From Candidatus Aminicenantes bacterium (GTDB taxonomy: Bacteria > Acidobacteriota > Aminicenantia > Aminicenantales > Aminicenantaceae), in NCBI GenBank assembly GCA_011772475.1, contig WVZK01000094.1, positions 1,323 to 65,322 on the forward strand: a stretch of DNA of 64,000 nucleotides. Direction: 5' to 3'. The first letter of the stretch is position 1; each line of letters begins with the position of its first letter. Under the pieces are notes generated by a model, which made no database searches, was not told where the DNA came from, and saw only the letters and a list, made by a program, of their open reading frames with translations. Made by a program: the position numbers and the translations under genes. This document shows, piece by piece, positions 45,564 through 55,194 of the stretch.

Positions 45564-46118
45564 TCAATTCTTCTGGTACTTCTTTTTACCTTCTTGATAC
45601 AGGTCGCCACCATACATATCGTTGATTACAATACATGGAAAATCTTTGACTTTTACTCTTCTTATGGCTTCGGGCCCCAATTCTGGGTAAGCGATGACTT
45701 CAGATTCTTCTATGCTTTTAGAAATGAGAGCTCCAGCTCCACCGACGGCGGCGAGATAGACACCTTTGTATTTTTTTAAGGATTCCTTGACTTCTTCATT
45801 CCTGGATCCTTTTCCGATTGTCCCTTTAAGACCAAGAGAGTGAAGAGTTGGAGCAAAGGAGTCCATCCGGTAGCTTGTCGTTGGCCCTGCGGAACCGATG
45901 GGATTACCAGGGCGAGCAGGTGTGGGGCCAACATAATAGATAATTTGCCCTTTAACGTCTATCGGCAAGTCTTTGCCTTCTTTAACAAGTTCAATCAGTT
46001 TTTTATGTGCAGAGTCTCTTCCTGTATAAAGATAGCCGGTGATGAAAATTCTGTCTCCAGCCCGCATTTTAGCGATGTCTTCATCCGAGACAGGGGTCTC
46101 GATTCTGTGCTCAGCCAT
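45564..46118 (-). CDS. class I (Fe-S) fumarate hydratase / tartrate dehydratase beta (C-terminal) subunit
   Basis: 184 aa. TGYLYTGRDSAHKKL and GPTTSYRMD motifs of the Fe-S hydro-lyase beta subunit. No alpha subunit is adjacent. Confidence 0.85.
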   Translation of the reverse strand: MAEHRIETPVSDEDIAKMRAGDRIFITGYLYTGRDSAHKKLIELVKEGKDLPIDVKGQIIYYVGPTPARPGNPIGSAGPTTSYRMDSFAPTLHSLGLKGTIGKGSRNEEVKESLKKYKGVYLAAVGGAGALISKSIEESEVIAYPELGPEAIRRVKVKDFPCIVINDMYGGDLYQEGKKKYQKN

Positions 46119-46123
46119 GCTAC

Positions 46124-47050
46124 TCAGAACTTAATCAAGTCTACTATATTGCGAACAGCTGTCTCTGAGTTCTTGATAGCTTCTTTTTCCTCGTCGGTTA
46201 GCTCTATCTGTATAATTTCTTCAACTCCACCAGCGCCTAATTTGATGGGCACTCCAAAATAGAGATCGTTAATTCCGTATTCTCCTTCAAGATATGCTGA
46301 ACAGGGCAGTATTTTTTTCTTGTCTTTGACGACGGATTCTACCATCTCTGCTACAGCAAGGGAGGGTGCATAGTAGGCGCTTCCTGTTTTCAGGTATTTG
46401 ACGATTTCACCTCCGCCTTTTCTTGTTCTTTCGATAATAGCATCAATCCTGTCCGGCCGCAGGAAATGAGTGAGAGGAATTCCGGAGATTGTTGTGTATC
46501 TGGCGATGGGAACCATGGTATCTCCGTGTCCTCCCAGAACAAGAGCCTGAATGTTCTCGACCGAGATATTGAGCTCCATAGAGATAAAAGCTCTGAAGCG
46601 AGTCGTGTCAAGGATTCCTGCCATACCAAAGACTCTGTTTTTCGGGAATTTGCTGACTTTAAAAGCTGTGTAAACCATGGCATCAAGAGGATTGGTAACA
46701 ACTAGCAGCATAGCATTGGGAGAGTGTTTGACGACTTCTTCGGTTATAGGCTTGACAATCTTGACATTTGCATCAAGAAGTTCATCCCTGCTCATTCCAG
46801 GCGTTCTGGGTTTTCCGGCGGTGATGACAACAATATCGGAATTGGCAGTGTCTGCGTAGGAGTTTGTGCCCATAATGGCTGAGTCATATTTTCCTACAGG
46901 TCCGCCTTCGCGCATATCCAAGCCCTTTCCGATTGGCATATCTTCTATGACATCAAGTAGCACTACATCTCCCAGTTCCATCTCAGCGAGCTTGAATGCG
47001 GTGACTTCTCCGACATGGCCGGCTCCGATAACTGTTATTTTTTTCCTCAT
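46124..47050 (-). CDS. mdh: malate dehydrogenase (LDH-like type)
   Basis: 308 aa. [23 protein letters not shown], catalytic His in GGHGD. Confidence 0.9.
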   Translation of the reverse strand: MRKKITVIGAGHVGEVTAFKLAEMELGDVVLLDVIEDMPIGKGLDMREGGPVGKYDSAIMGTNSYADTANSDIVVITAGKPRTPGMSRDELLDANVKIVKPITEEVVKHSPNAMLLVVTNPLDAMVYTAFKVSKFPKNRVFGMAGILDTTRFRAFISMELNISVENIQALVLGGHGDTMVPIARYTTISGIPLTHFLRPDRIDAIIERTRKGGGEIVKYLKTGSAYYAPSLAVAEMVESVVKDKKKILPCSAYLEGEYGINDLYFGVPIKLGAGGVEEIIQIELTDEEKEAIKNSETAVRNIVDLIKF

Positions 47051-47270
47051 TATTAAACCTCCTCTAATTTTTAATTATGATGAGTGTAAATTATTTGCAG
47101 CCAGTTATTTCTTTTAAGTTCACTTTTCTTTATTGATTAACCCGGCTTTTTATCAGGTGCAAAAGGCTTTTAGATTTTTTGAAAAGAAACCGTGCTTATT
47201 TGAAATCTGAATATAATGCAAATTTTCATACCAGTCAAGCAAAAAGGCGAAATCGCAAAAAGAACATCAT

Positions 47271-47293
47271 AAAAGGGGACAGGCCCCTTTTTT
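47271..47293. terminator. palindrome AAAAGGGG-ACAGG-CCCCTTTT (family-2-related), terminator-like
   Basis: 8-bp stem, 5-nt loop, with a T run on one side and an A run on the other. It lies 85 nt 3' of the icd stop. Two degenerate units follow at 47311-47330 and 47357-47378. Confidence 0.55.
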
Positions 47294-47377
47294 ATGCAGC
47301 TACATCAGTCAAAAAGGATACAGGTCCCTCTCTATAATACTATTTTTTCAAACATTAAAAGTGTCAGGCTGCCTTTT

Positions 47378-48580
47378 TCAAAGCTGCTTTGTGTAGCTTT
47401 CCCACTTATCTTTCAGTCCAGGATCTTGAAGGGTTTCCATCAGGTAGTTGGCATATTCCTCTCCGGTACATCCAGTATCTCGTCCAGTTAAAACCAGCTT
47501 CTTCTCGTACTGCCCGCAGATATCCAGAGCCATTTCCAGGTTTTTTCCTTTTTCAGGATAGCCTATGTGACTGATCAGTAAGGCAGCAGCTCGAATCATG
47601 CTGCACGGATCTGCATACTGAGCTCGTCCCTCTTTAACCATACGCGGAGCAGAACCATGGATCGCTTCAAACATGGCATACTGTTTTCCGATGTTTGCAC
47701 TTCCCGCAGTGCCAACACCACCCTGGAATTCTGCAGCCTCGTCAGTGAGGATATCCCCATAGAGATTGGGGAGGACGAGAACTTTGAATTGGGTTCTGCG
47801 TTTGGGGTCCACAAGTTTGGCGGTCATGATATCTATGTACCAGTCGTCGCATTCGATCTCGGGATATTCTTTAGCAATCTTATACCCGATATCCAAGAAT
47901 TTTCCATCAGAGGTTTTAACCACATTGGCTTTTGTTACTATCGTGACTCGGTTAATTTTGTTTTTATGGGCATAATCAAAAGCCAAACGGATGATCCTCT
48001 CTGCTCCCTGAGATGTGATGACTTTAAAGTCAATGGCTAAATCCTCAGTAACATTGATTCCTTTGCTCCCCATGATATATGCGCCTTCAGTGTTTTCTCG
48101 GAAAAATATCCAGTTTATTCCCTCTTTGGGGACACTGACAGGCCTCACGTTGGCAAAAAGGTCTAAGTAACGGCGCATGGCGACGTTAGCACTCTCAATA
48201 TTAGGCCAGGGATCACCTTTTCTCGGAGTTGTGGTCGGGCCCTTGAGCGTAACATGGCATTTTTTAATCTCTTCCAGGACATCATCAGGAATAGGTTTGT
48301 TATGTTTGGACCTGTTTTCTATAGTCAGCCCTTCGATATCCCGAATCTCAATTTCCCCCTTTTCTATTTCCTCCTTGAGCATAAATTCTAAAACTCTTCG
48401 TGATTCTTTGGCGATAAAAGGACCGATTCCATCCCCTCCTATGACTCCAATGATGATTGGTTTTACTTGAGCATAATCAATCCAATCCGCAGCTTTTTTC
48501 ATTGCCTCGACGCGCTTTAGCTGGTCTTCGACAATCTGGCCAAAGTGATTTTTAGCGTTCTCAATTGCGCTATTATCCAT
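47378..48580 (-). CDS. icd: isocitrate dehydrogenase (isocitrate/isopropylmalate dehydrogenase family)
   Basis: 400 aa. GDGIGP, SANVAMRRYLDLFANVRP, NLYGDILTD, and its position in a TCA gene block. Confidence 0.85.
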   Translation of the reverse strand: MDNSAIENAKNHFGQIVEDQLKRVEAMKKAADWIDYAQVKPIIIGVIGGDGIGPFIAKESRRVLEFMLKEEIEKGEIEIRDIEGLTIENRSKHNKPIPDDVLEEIKKCHVTLKGPTTTPRKGDPWPNIESANVAMRRYLDLFANVRPVSVPKEGINWIFFRENTEGAYIMGSKGINVTEDLAIDFKVITSQGAERIIRLAFDYAHKNKINRVTIVTKANVVKTSDGKFLDIGYKIAKEYPEIECDDWYIDIMTAKLVDPKRRTQFKVLVLPNLYGDILTDEAAEFQGGVGTAGSANIGKQYAMFEAIHGSAPRMVKEGRAQYADPCSMIRAAALLISHIGYPEKGKNLEMALDICGQYEKKLVLTGRDTGCTGEEYANYLMETLQDPGLKDKWESYTKQL

Positions 48581-48703
48581 GATTAGGCCTCCAAGTGATA
48601 AAGTACCTGAATGAATAAAAACGGAAAATGAATATTATAATTTTTTTAAATGAAAATCAACTCTTGGTGTCGATTGCAATCTCAGTAAAATGGTCAATAA
48701 AAT

Positions 48704-48848
48704 GGGGACAGACTACTTTTTTACATTAAAAATTCAGTCCCTGATTTTCTAATAACAGTTTGATATTGACATACTCCGTGAGTCGCTCATCATGATGTCT
48801 AATTTAAGGACGAGAGAGTGAGCCTCATGCAAAAAAGTAGCCTGTCTC
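48704..48848. repeat. MITE-like element with family-2 terminal inverted repeats
   Basis: ggggacagactactttttt (48704-48722) and aaaaaagtagcctgtctc (48831-48848) are inverted copies separated by 108 nt. It lies in the icd/acnB divergent spacer. Confidence 0.6.
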
Positions 48849-48863
48849 TTTAAGAAAATAATT

Positions 48864-48891
48864 TTGACAAATAAGCACAAACATTTATACA
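48864..48891 (+). promoter_or_regulatory. candidate acnB promoter TTGACA-16-TATACA
   Basis: -35 at 48864-48869 and -10 at 48886-48891. A consensus TATAAT at 48893-48898 has poor spacing. Confidence 0.3.
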
Positions 48892-48930
48892 GTATAATAA
48901 TTAAAGCAAAATATATACGGAGAATCCATA

Positions 48931-51468
48931 ATGCTGGAATCATATTTAAAACATGAAGCTGAAAGGCAAAAGCAGGGAGCCCCTCCTTTGCCTTTAAGTC
49001 CTGAAGAGACTGCGGAAGTTTGCAAACTGCTGGAGAATCCGCCTGTTGATAAAGAAGAGCTTCTTTTGAACCTCTTAAAAAATCGGGTTTCGCCTGGAGT
49101 TGATCCCTCGGCAAAGGTTAAAGCGGTTTGGTTGACGAAGGTTGCTAAGGGAGAGGTTTCTTCTCCGTTATTATCTAAAACTGAGGCAGTTTTTGTGCTG
49201 GGCACTATGCTTGGAGGCTATAATATTGAGCCTTTGCTTGGCTTTTTGGAAGATGGGGAACTTGCTGGGGAGTCCGCCAAAGCATTGAAGCAGATTATCC
49301 TGGTCTACAGCGCTTTCGATAAAATCGTTGAGATTTCGAAAAGCAACCGCTATGCAAAAGAAGTCCTCACATCCTGGGCGGACGGAGAATGGTTCCTTTC
49401 CAGGCCGAAGTTTCCAGAAAAGCTAGATGTTAAGGTGTTCAAGGTGGATGGTGAGGTAAACACCGATGATTTGTCCCCAGCAAAGCATGCCTGGAGCAGG
49501 CCAGACATCCCTTTTCATGCCCTCTCCATGGGAGAGACTAGATTTCCAGGAGGGATCGATACAATCGGAAAATTCCGCAAACAAGGATACCGTGTTGCCT
49601 TTGTAGCTGATGTTGTGGGCACTGGCTCCTCAAGAAAATCAGCTACTAATTCCTTGTTGTGGCACATTGGAGAAGATATTCCTTTTGTGCCGAATAAACA
49701 TAAAGAAGGAGTTGTAATCGGGGGCTTGATAGCTCCGATTTTCTTCAATACAGTTGAAGATTCCGGGGGTTTGCCCCTTGTCTGTGACGTGACCAAGATA
49801 AAGACTGGCGATATCATATCCATCGATACAAAATCTAAGACCATTGCTAACGAAGCAGGAGAGGTTATAGCCTCGTTCGAGTTTCAGCCGGCGACAATCA
49901 AAGATGAATACTGTGCCGGGGGGCGTCTTAACCTGATTATTGGGAGGTCCTTGACTGCCAAAGCGCGAAAAGCCCTGGGAATGGATGAAGCAGATTTTTT
50001 CACAACTGTTGAAAGGCCTGCCCCAGAACCTGGCCAGGGATATTCCCTTGCACAGAAGATCGTAGAGAAAGCCTGTGGCTTGGAGGGCATACTCTCTGGT
50101 GTTGCTTGTGAGGCGAAGATGACCACAGTCGGCTCTCAGGACACCACTGGTCCGATGACTGCAGATGAATTGAAAGAACTCGCCTGTATGGAATTTCAGG
50201 CAGATTTGTTTATGCAGTCCTTCTGCCATACCGCCGCCTACCCTAAGCCTGCAGATGTCAAAATGCATAAATCGCTTGCCGAGTTCATTACAAAAAGAAA
50301 AGGTGTGGTCCTTAAACCCGGTGATGGCATTATCCATTCCTGGATGAATCGCTTCTTGGTCCCTGACACTCTGGGAACTGCTGGTGACTCCCATACCCGT
50401 TTCCCTATCGGGCTCAGCTTTCCAGCAGGCTCAGGCCTCGTTGCTTTTGCAGGAGCTCTCGGTTTTATACCCTTGGATATGCCTGAATCAGTATTGGTTA
50501 AATTCAAAGGCAAAATTAATCCAGGGATAACCATGAGAGACGTGGTAAATGCTATTCCTTATTTTGCCATCCAAGAGGGAATGTTGACCGTAGCTAAAGA
50601 GGGCAAAAAGAATATTTTTAACGGAAGAATTATCGAGATGGAAGGACTGTCCAACCTAACAGTGGAACAGGCATTTGAGCTTACAAACGCAACTGCTGAG
50701 CGCTCCGCAGCAGGAGGAACTGTCGCCATGAGCCCAGAGATGGTGAGCAAGTATCTAAAAAGCAATATTGCCTTAATGGAACAAATGATAAAGGATGGTT
50801 ACCAGAACGCTGATACCCTGCAGAGAAGGATAGATTCCTGTCAGGAATGGCTGGAAAAGCCAGCGCTTCTAAGAAGAGATGATAATGCCAAGTATGAAGC
50901 CGTTCTCGAGATAGGCCTAGAAAATATTAAGGAGCCGATTGTTGCTTGCCCCAATGATCCTGATGATGTGAAACTCCTTTCGGATGTTTCAGGTGATGGG
51001 ATCGACGAGATCTTCATCGGGTCCTGTATGACTAACATCGGGCATTTCCGGGCAGCTGGAAAGATTTTTGAAGGAAAGGGTTACCTTAACACCCGTATCT
51101 GGTTAACACCGCCGACAAAGATGGACCGGGCTCAGCTGATGAAGGAGGGGTACTATTCAATTTATTCTAGCGTTGGAGCCAGGACTGAAATTCCCGGCTG
51201 CTCCCTTTGCATGGGGAATCAGGCTAGGGTTCGTCCTGGAGTAACCATCATTTCAACTTCCACTCGGAACTTTGATAATCGCATGGGAGATAAGGCTCGT
51301 GTTTACCTGGGCTCGGCAGAGTTGGCTGCAGTAGCAGCGCTTTCGAGCAAACTTCCTGAGCCTGAAGAGTACCTCTCTGTTTTTAAAGAAAAGATAATTC
51401 CCTGCCAAGATGAGGTCTATCGATATCTTCAGTTCGATGAGATGGAGAACTTTTCTCTCGCTTGCTAA
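48931..51468 (+). CDS. acnB: aconitate hydratase B (bifunctional aconitase 2 / 2-methylisocitrate dehydratase)
   Basis: 845 aa. The N-terminus MLESYLKHEAERQKQGAPPLPL...LLENPP parallels the AcnB HEAT-like domain. Fe-S ligand region IGSCMTN...CSLCMGNQA. Confidence 0.9.
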   Translation: MLESYLKHEAERQKQGAPPLPLSPEETAEVCKLLENPPVDKEELLLNLLKNRVSPGVDPSAKVKAVWLTKVAKGEVSSPLLSKTEAVFVLGTMLGGYNIEPLLGFLEDGELAGESAKALKQIILVYSAFDKIVEISKSNRYAKEVLTSWADGEWFLSRPKFPEKLDVKVFKVDGEVNTDDLSPAKHAWSRPDIPFHALSMGETRFPGGIDTIGKFRKQGYRVAFVADVVGTGSSRKSATNSLLWHIGEDIPFVPNKHKEGVVIGGLIAPIFFNTVEDSGGLPLVCDVTKIKTGDIISIDTKSKTIANEAGEVIASFEFQPATIKDEYCAGGRLNLIIGRSLTAKARKALGMDEADFFTTVERPAPEPGQGYSLAQKIVEKACGLEGILSGVACEAKMTTVGSQDTTGPMTADELKELACMEFQADLFMQSFCHTAAYPKPADVKMHKSLAEFITKRKGVVLKPGDGIIHSWMNRFLVPDTLGTAGDSHTRFPIGLSFPAGSGLVAFAGALGFIPLDMPESVLVKFKGKINPGITMRDVVNAIPYFAIQEGMLTVAKEGKKNIFNGRIIEMEGLSNLTVEQAFELTNATAERSAAGGTVAMSPEMVSKYLKSNIALMEQMIKDGYQNADTLQRRIDSCQEWLEKPALLRRDDNAKYEAVLEIGLENIKEPIVACPNDPDDVKLLSDVSGDGIDEIFIGSCMTNIGHFRAAGKIFEGKGYLNTRIWLTPPTKMDRAQLMKEGYYSIYSSVGARTEIPGCSLCMGNQARVRPGVTIISTSTRNFDNRMGDKARVYLGSAELAAVAALSSKLPEPEEYLSVFKEKIIPCQDEVYRYLQFDEMENFSLAC

Positions 51469-51522
51469 GTTAATTGTCCATGGCTGATTTTTCAATAAAG
51501 AATCATTATTCATATTATGTAG

Positions 51523-51540
51523 GTGTTTGATATCAAACAC
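51523..51540. terminator. perfect 18-nt palindrome GTGTTTGAT|ATCAAACAC followed by ACATTTTTG
   Basis: It lies 55 nt after the acnB stop and 89 nt before the next start. It could be an intrinsic terminator or a dimeric regulator site. Confidence 0.4.
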
Positions 51541-51564
51541 ACATTTTTGATTAGACAAGAAATT

Positions 51565-51614
51565 AGGAGGGTTTGATGAATAAAGCCTCTACAGATGAAT
51601 CAAGTCCCTTCAGA
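51565..51614. repeat. family-4 hairpin repeat (one full, one half copy)
   Basis: taggagggtttgatgaataaagcctctacaga is followed by tgaatcaagtcccttca. It is related to 12701-12729 and 43331-43362. Confidence 0.5.
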
Positions 51615-51628
51615 AGGGAGGAAGTTCG

Positions 51629-52387
51629 GTGATATACCTAGATGGAAGGAAGGCTTTGGTTACCGGCGGCTCGAGAGGAATCGGCCGTGCAACAGCCATT
51701 TTATTTGCTAAAGCTGGGTGCGATGTGGCCATAAATTATATAAAGCAAAAAGAAGCTGCCGAGAAGGTTAAAGAGGAAATTGGTAAAACGGGACGGGAAT
51801 GCCTTGTATTTAAGGCAGATATCTCTCAGAAGAATGACATCAATTCGATGGTGAAAGAGATCATGCAGAAATGGGGTCGAATAGATATCTTGGTGAACAA
51901 TGCGGGGATTTGGACCTATGGAGAGATGGGAAAGATGTCGGAAAAAACCTGGGCAGAAACGATGAAGATAAACGTGGATGGTGTTTTCTATATGTGTAAT
52001 GCAGTCGTGCCCCATATGAAGAGGAATAAAAGAGGTTCGATTATCAGTGTTTCTTCAATGGCGGCAATTAGGGGTGAAGCATTTCATTCCCATTATGCAG
52101 CGAGCAAAGGGGCTCTGGTGTCTTTTACGAAATCCCTAGCAGCGGAACTGGGACATTATAATATCCGCGTCAACTGTGTTGCTCCAGGATGGGTAGATAC
52201 AGATATGTGCTCAGGAGTTTTCAGTGACCCTGATTTTAGAGAAAAAGTCCAGGAGTCTATCCCCTTAAAAAGAATCCCTCCTCCTGAGGATATTGCAGGA
52301 CCAATATTGTTTCTTGTCTCAGACCTGGCTCAACATATTACTGGCGAAGTTTTGAATGTGAACGGCGGATCCGTCCCTTGTGCATGA
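51629..52387 (+). CDS. short-chain dehydrogenase/reductase (FabG-like)
   Basis: 252 aa, GTG start with AAGGGAGGA upstream. TGGSRGIG, NNAG, catalytic YxxxK (YAASK). Confidence 0.85.
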   Translation: MIYLDGRKALVTGGSRGIGRATAILFAKAGCDVAINYIKQKEAAEKVKEEIGKTGRECLVFKADISQKNDINSMVKEIMQKWGRIDILVNNAGIWTYGEMGKMSEKTWAETMKINVDGVFYMCNAVVPHMKRNKRGSIISVSSMAAIRGEAFHSHYAASKGALVSFTKSLAAELGHYNIRVNCVAPGWVDTDMCSGVFSDPDFREKVQESIPLKRIPPPEDIAGPILFLVSDLAQHITGEVLNVNGGSVPCA

Positions 52388-52450
52388 AATTGCTTGCGAA
52401 ATTTGAATGATTCTGGTAATTTAGAATAACCGCTCAAGAAGGAGGCCTTA

Positions 52451-52708
52451 ATGGAGGAAGAGATTGGAAGAATCACTCATTATTTCTCCAAAATAAATGT
52501 AGGTGTTATAGAGTTATCCAAGGGCACTCTTCAGGTTGGCGATACAATTCACATCAAAGGACACACATCTGATTTCTACCAGAAAGTAGAGTCAATGCAG
52601 GTAGAGCATGCGCCTGTGGATTCAGTTAAACCAGGCGAACCTGTAGGAATTAAAGTTGAAAGCCCCGTTAGGGAGAACGATGTCGTTTTCAAAGTTACAG
52701 AGGAATAG
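52451..52708 (+). CDS. small EF-Tu-domain-2-like beta-barrel protein (translation elongation factor-like protein)
   Basis: 85 aa. The GRITHYFSKINVGVIEL...GDTIHIKG pattern is recalled from this small conserved family. AGGAGG lies upstream. Confidence 0.55.
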   Translation: MEEEIGRITHYFSKINVGVIELSKGTLQVGDTIHIKGHTSDFYQKVESMQVEHAPVDSVKPGEPVGIKVESPVRENDVVFKVTEE

Positions 52709-52724
52709 GCAACTTATTGATTAA

Positions 52725-52767
52725 AGGGTAAAACTGCTTTCTGCAGACCGCTACCCTGAATTTTTTT
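52725..52767 (+). terminator. candidate intrinsic terminator
   Basis: Outer stem agggta/taccct (52725-30 / 52752-57) encloses an inner ctgc-tttct-gcag hairpin and is followed by TTTTTTT (52761-67). Confidence 0.4.
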
Positions 52768-52951
52768 GATATTTCCTTATAGCTGTCGCTTAGAACTGGT
52801 TACATAAACTACCCCTTTGAGGTGATAATTGAGGAGGAAAAATCACCCCTAGAATCATCTTGCATAGCTATTGACTGGAATCGGTCGGTCTGTAAATATA
52901 AAATATGAAGATTATACGGACGAAAAATAAGAAAAAAGGAGTAAAGCTCTC

Positions 52952-54631
52952 TTGAAGAAGAATAGTTCGTCCGAGGGGAGCTTGAAACAATCGTTCAACC
53001 ACTGGAAGGCGGAAAAGTACGATAAGGCACTGAAAAAGGCTTCTTCGAAAAAGATGGAATACACAACGATTTCAGGGAAAAAAATCAAGGAGCTTTACAC
53101 GCCTCTTGATCTTGACGGTTTCGATTACATGAAACAATTGAGTTTTCCGGGCGAATATCCTTATACCAGGGGAATCCATCCGACCATGTATCGCGGCCGA
53201 CTTTGGACGATGAGACAGTTCTCAGGTTTCGGGACGGCTGAAGACACAAATAAAAGATACAAGTATCTTCTCTCTCATGGGCAAACAGGATTGAGTGTTG
53301 CCTTCCATCTTCCTACTTTAATGGGTGTTGATTCTGACCATCCTCTTGCTCAGGGAGAAATAGGAAAATGCGGAGTAGCAATAGATTCCTTGGCGGATAT
53401 GGAGATTCTTTTTAACGAGATTCCTCTAGACAAGATATCGACATCTATGACTATAAATGCCCCAGCTGCAGTATTGTGGGCCATGTACATTGCTGTTGCT
53501 GAAAAGCAAGGCGTCTCACCTAAAGTTATATCGGGAACAATTCAGAATGATATTCTGAAAGAATATATCGCTCAAAAAACCTTCATTTTCCCCCCAGAAC
53601 CTTCTATGAGACTGATTGTTGACACCTTTGAATACGGATCAAAAGAGGTCCTCAAATGGAACACGATATCCATTTCAGGATATCATATAAGGGAAGCGGG
53701 CTCTACTGCTGTCCAGGAACTTGCTTTTACTCTAAGGGATGGGATTGAGTATGTGGAGTGGGCACTGGAGAGAGGACTTGATGTCGAAGAGTTCGCACCT
53801 CGACTTTCCTTCTTCTTTAATGCCCATAATGATTTTTTTGAGGAGGTTGCGAAATTTCGAGCGGCCCGAAAAATCTGGGCAGAGGTAATGAAGGAAAGAT
53901 TTAAAGCGAAAGACCCGAGGTGCTGGTGGCTGAGATTCCACACTCAGACTTCGGGAGTGTCTTTGATGGCTCAACAGCCTTATAACAATGTGGTAAGAGT
54001 TGCCATCCAAGCGCTGGCCGCAGTATTGGGTGGGTCTCAATCCCTCCACACAAATTCTCTTGACGAAACCTATGCTTTGCCCTCTGAAGAAGCTGTTACT
54101 ATTGCCCTGAGAACTCAGCAGATCATTGCTCATGAGAGTGGCGTTATCAATTGTATTGATCCCGTAGGAGGATCCTATTTCATTGAAAAGCTGACTGATG
54201 AAATGGAAAAGGATGCTAAGGAATATATCAGAAAAATTGATGATATGGGAGGGATGGTCAAGGCTATAGAACTCGGATTTCCCCAGAGGGAGATTGCAGA
54301 TAGCGCATATTTGTATCAAAAGGCCGTTGAAAAAAAAGAAAAGATAATCGTGGGAGTTAACGATTATGAGATGGAACACGAGCCCATTCCCACTTTAAGA
54401 ATAGATGAAGCTGCTGCTAGACAACACTTGGCTCGGTTGCGTGAAGTTAAGAAAACAAGGAATAATGCCCAAGTCGCAGAAAAAATACTCGACCTGAAAA
54501 AGGCAGCTTCGGATAAACAGAATTTGATGCCTTATATATTGAGTTGTGTTAAGGCTTACGCAACTTTAGGGGAAATCATGGATTCTTTGAGGGAAGTTTA
54601 CGGAGAATACCAGGAACCTATTACATATTAA
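52952..54631 (+). CDS. B12-dependent acyl-CoA mutase large (substrate-binding) subunit, with isobutyryl-CoA-mutase-type specificity residues
   Basis: 559 aa, TTG start. [46 protein letters not shown] and [21 protein letters not shown]. It has Phe in RQF and Gln in AQK, where methylmalonyl-CoA mutase has Tyr89 and Arg207. Confidence 0.85.
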   Translation: MKKNSSSEGSLKQSFNHWKAEKYDKALKKASSKKMEYTTISGKKIKELYTPLDLDGFDYMKQLSFPGEYPYTRGIHPTMYRGRLWTMRQFSGFGTAEDTNKRYKYLLSHGQTGLSVAFHLPTLMGVDSDHPLAQGEIGKCGVAIDSLADMEILFNEIPLDKISTSMTINAPAAVLWAMYIAVAEKQGVSPKVISGTIQNDILKEYIAQKTFIFPPEPSMRLIVDTFEYGSKEVLKWNTISISGYHIREAGSTAVQELAFTLRDGIEYVEWALERGLDVEEFAPRLSFFFNAHNDFFEEVAKFRAARKIWAEVMKERFKAKDPRCWWLRFHTQTSGVSLMAQQPYNNVVRVAIQALAAVLGGSQSLHTNSLDETYALPSEEAVTIALRTQQIIAHESGVINCIDPVGGSYFIEKLTDEMEKDAKEYIRKIDDMGGMVKAIELGFPQREIADSAYLYQKAVEKKEKIIVGVNDYEMEHEPIPTLRIDEAAARQHLARLREVKKTRNNAQVAEKILDLKKAASDKQNLMPYILSCVKAYATLGEIMDSLREVYGEYQEPITY

Positions 54632-54726
54632 CTAACTAATTAAAAGATGAGAAAAACGACTAAATAATTAGGTGAGCGAGAAAAGATGTCATGTTCGTTG
54701 ATCTTGTTTGGTGAATGGAGGATTTT

Positions 54727-55131
54727 ATGACTGGAGAGAAGATTAGAGTCCTTGTAGCAAAGCCAGGCTTGGATGGACATGACCGGGGTGCAAAAGTGAT
54801 CTGTCGATCTTTAAGGGATGCTGGGTACGAGGTGATTTATACAGGTCTCAGGCGGACACCGGATGAAATTGTCAATGCAGCCGTTCAAGAGGATGTTGAT
54901 GTTGTAGGCTTGAGCATCCTTTCTGGTGCACATAATGAGCTTTTTCCAAAAATCATGGATCTTCTTAAAGAAAAAGGAGCAGATGATATCGCTGTTATTG
55001 CAGGGGGGATTATCCCTGATAAAGATATTCCTTTTTTAGAAAAAATCGGAATATCCAAGACTTTTTTACCGGGTTCATCTACTCAGGAGATTGCTGATTG
55101 GATCAAGAAAAACGTGAGGAAGAGGCCATAA
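54727..55131 (+). CDS. acyl-CoA mutase small subunit (cobalamin-binding domain)
   Basis: Canonical DxHxxG ([11 protein letters not shown]), SIL...GG spacing. GGAGG lies 5 nt upstream of ATG 54727. The ORF track starts at ATG 54715. Confidence 0.85.
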   Translation: MTGEKIRVLVAKPGLDGHDRGAKVICRSLRDAGYEVIYTGLRRTPDEIVNAAVQEDVDVVGLSILSGAHNELFPKIMDLLKEKGADDIAVIAGGIIPDKDIPFLEKIGISKTFLPGSSTQEIADWIKKNVRKRP

Positions 55132-55152
55132 TGAATAAATTTTATAAAATTC

Positions 55153-55180
55153 TTGACATTAAAATTTTTTTCATGATAAT
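55153..55180 (+). promoter_or_regulatory. sigma-70-type promoter TTGACA-16-GATAAT
   Basis: -35 at 55153-55158 and -10 at 55175-55180, 15 nt upstream of the M23 peptidase start. Confidence 0.45.
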
Positions 55181-55194
55181 TAAGGGAGAGGTTG

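Noticed and set aside
52709-52951. Possible cobalamin riboswitch in the 243-nt leader of the B12-dependent mutase genes.
   Set aside because: I could not find a B12-box-like consensus or the expected multi-stem arrangement. The region contains only a terminator-like hairpin (52725-52767) and a short ggtgat/atcacc stem. An Rfam scan would be decisive.
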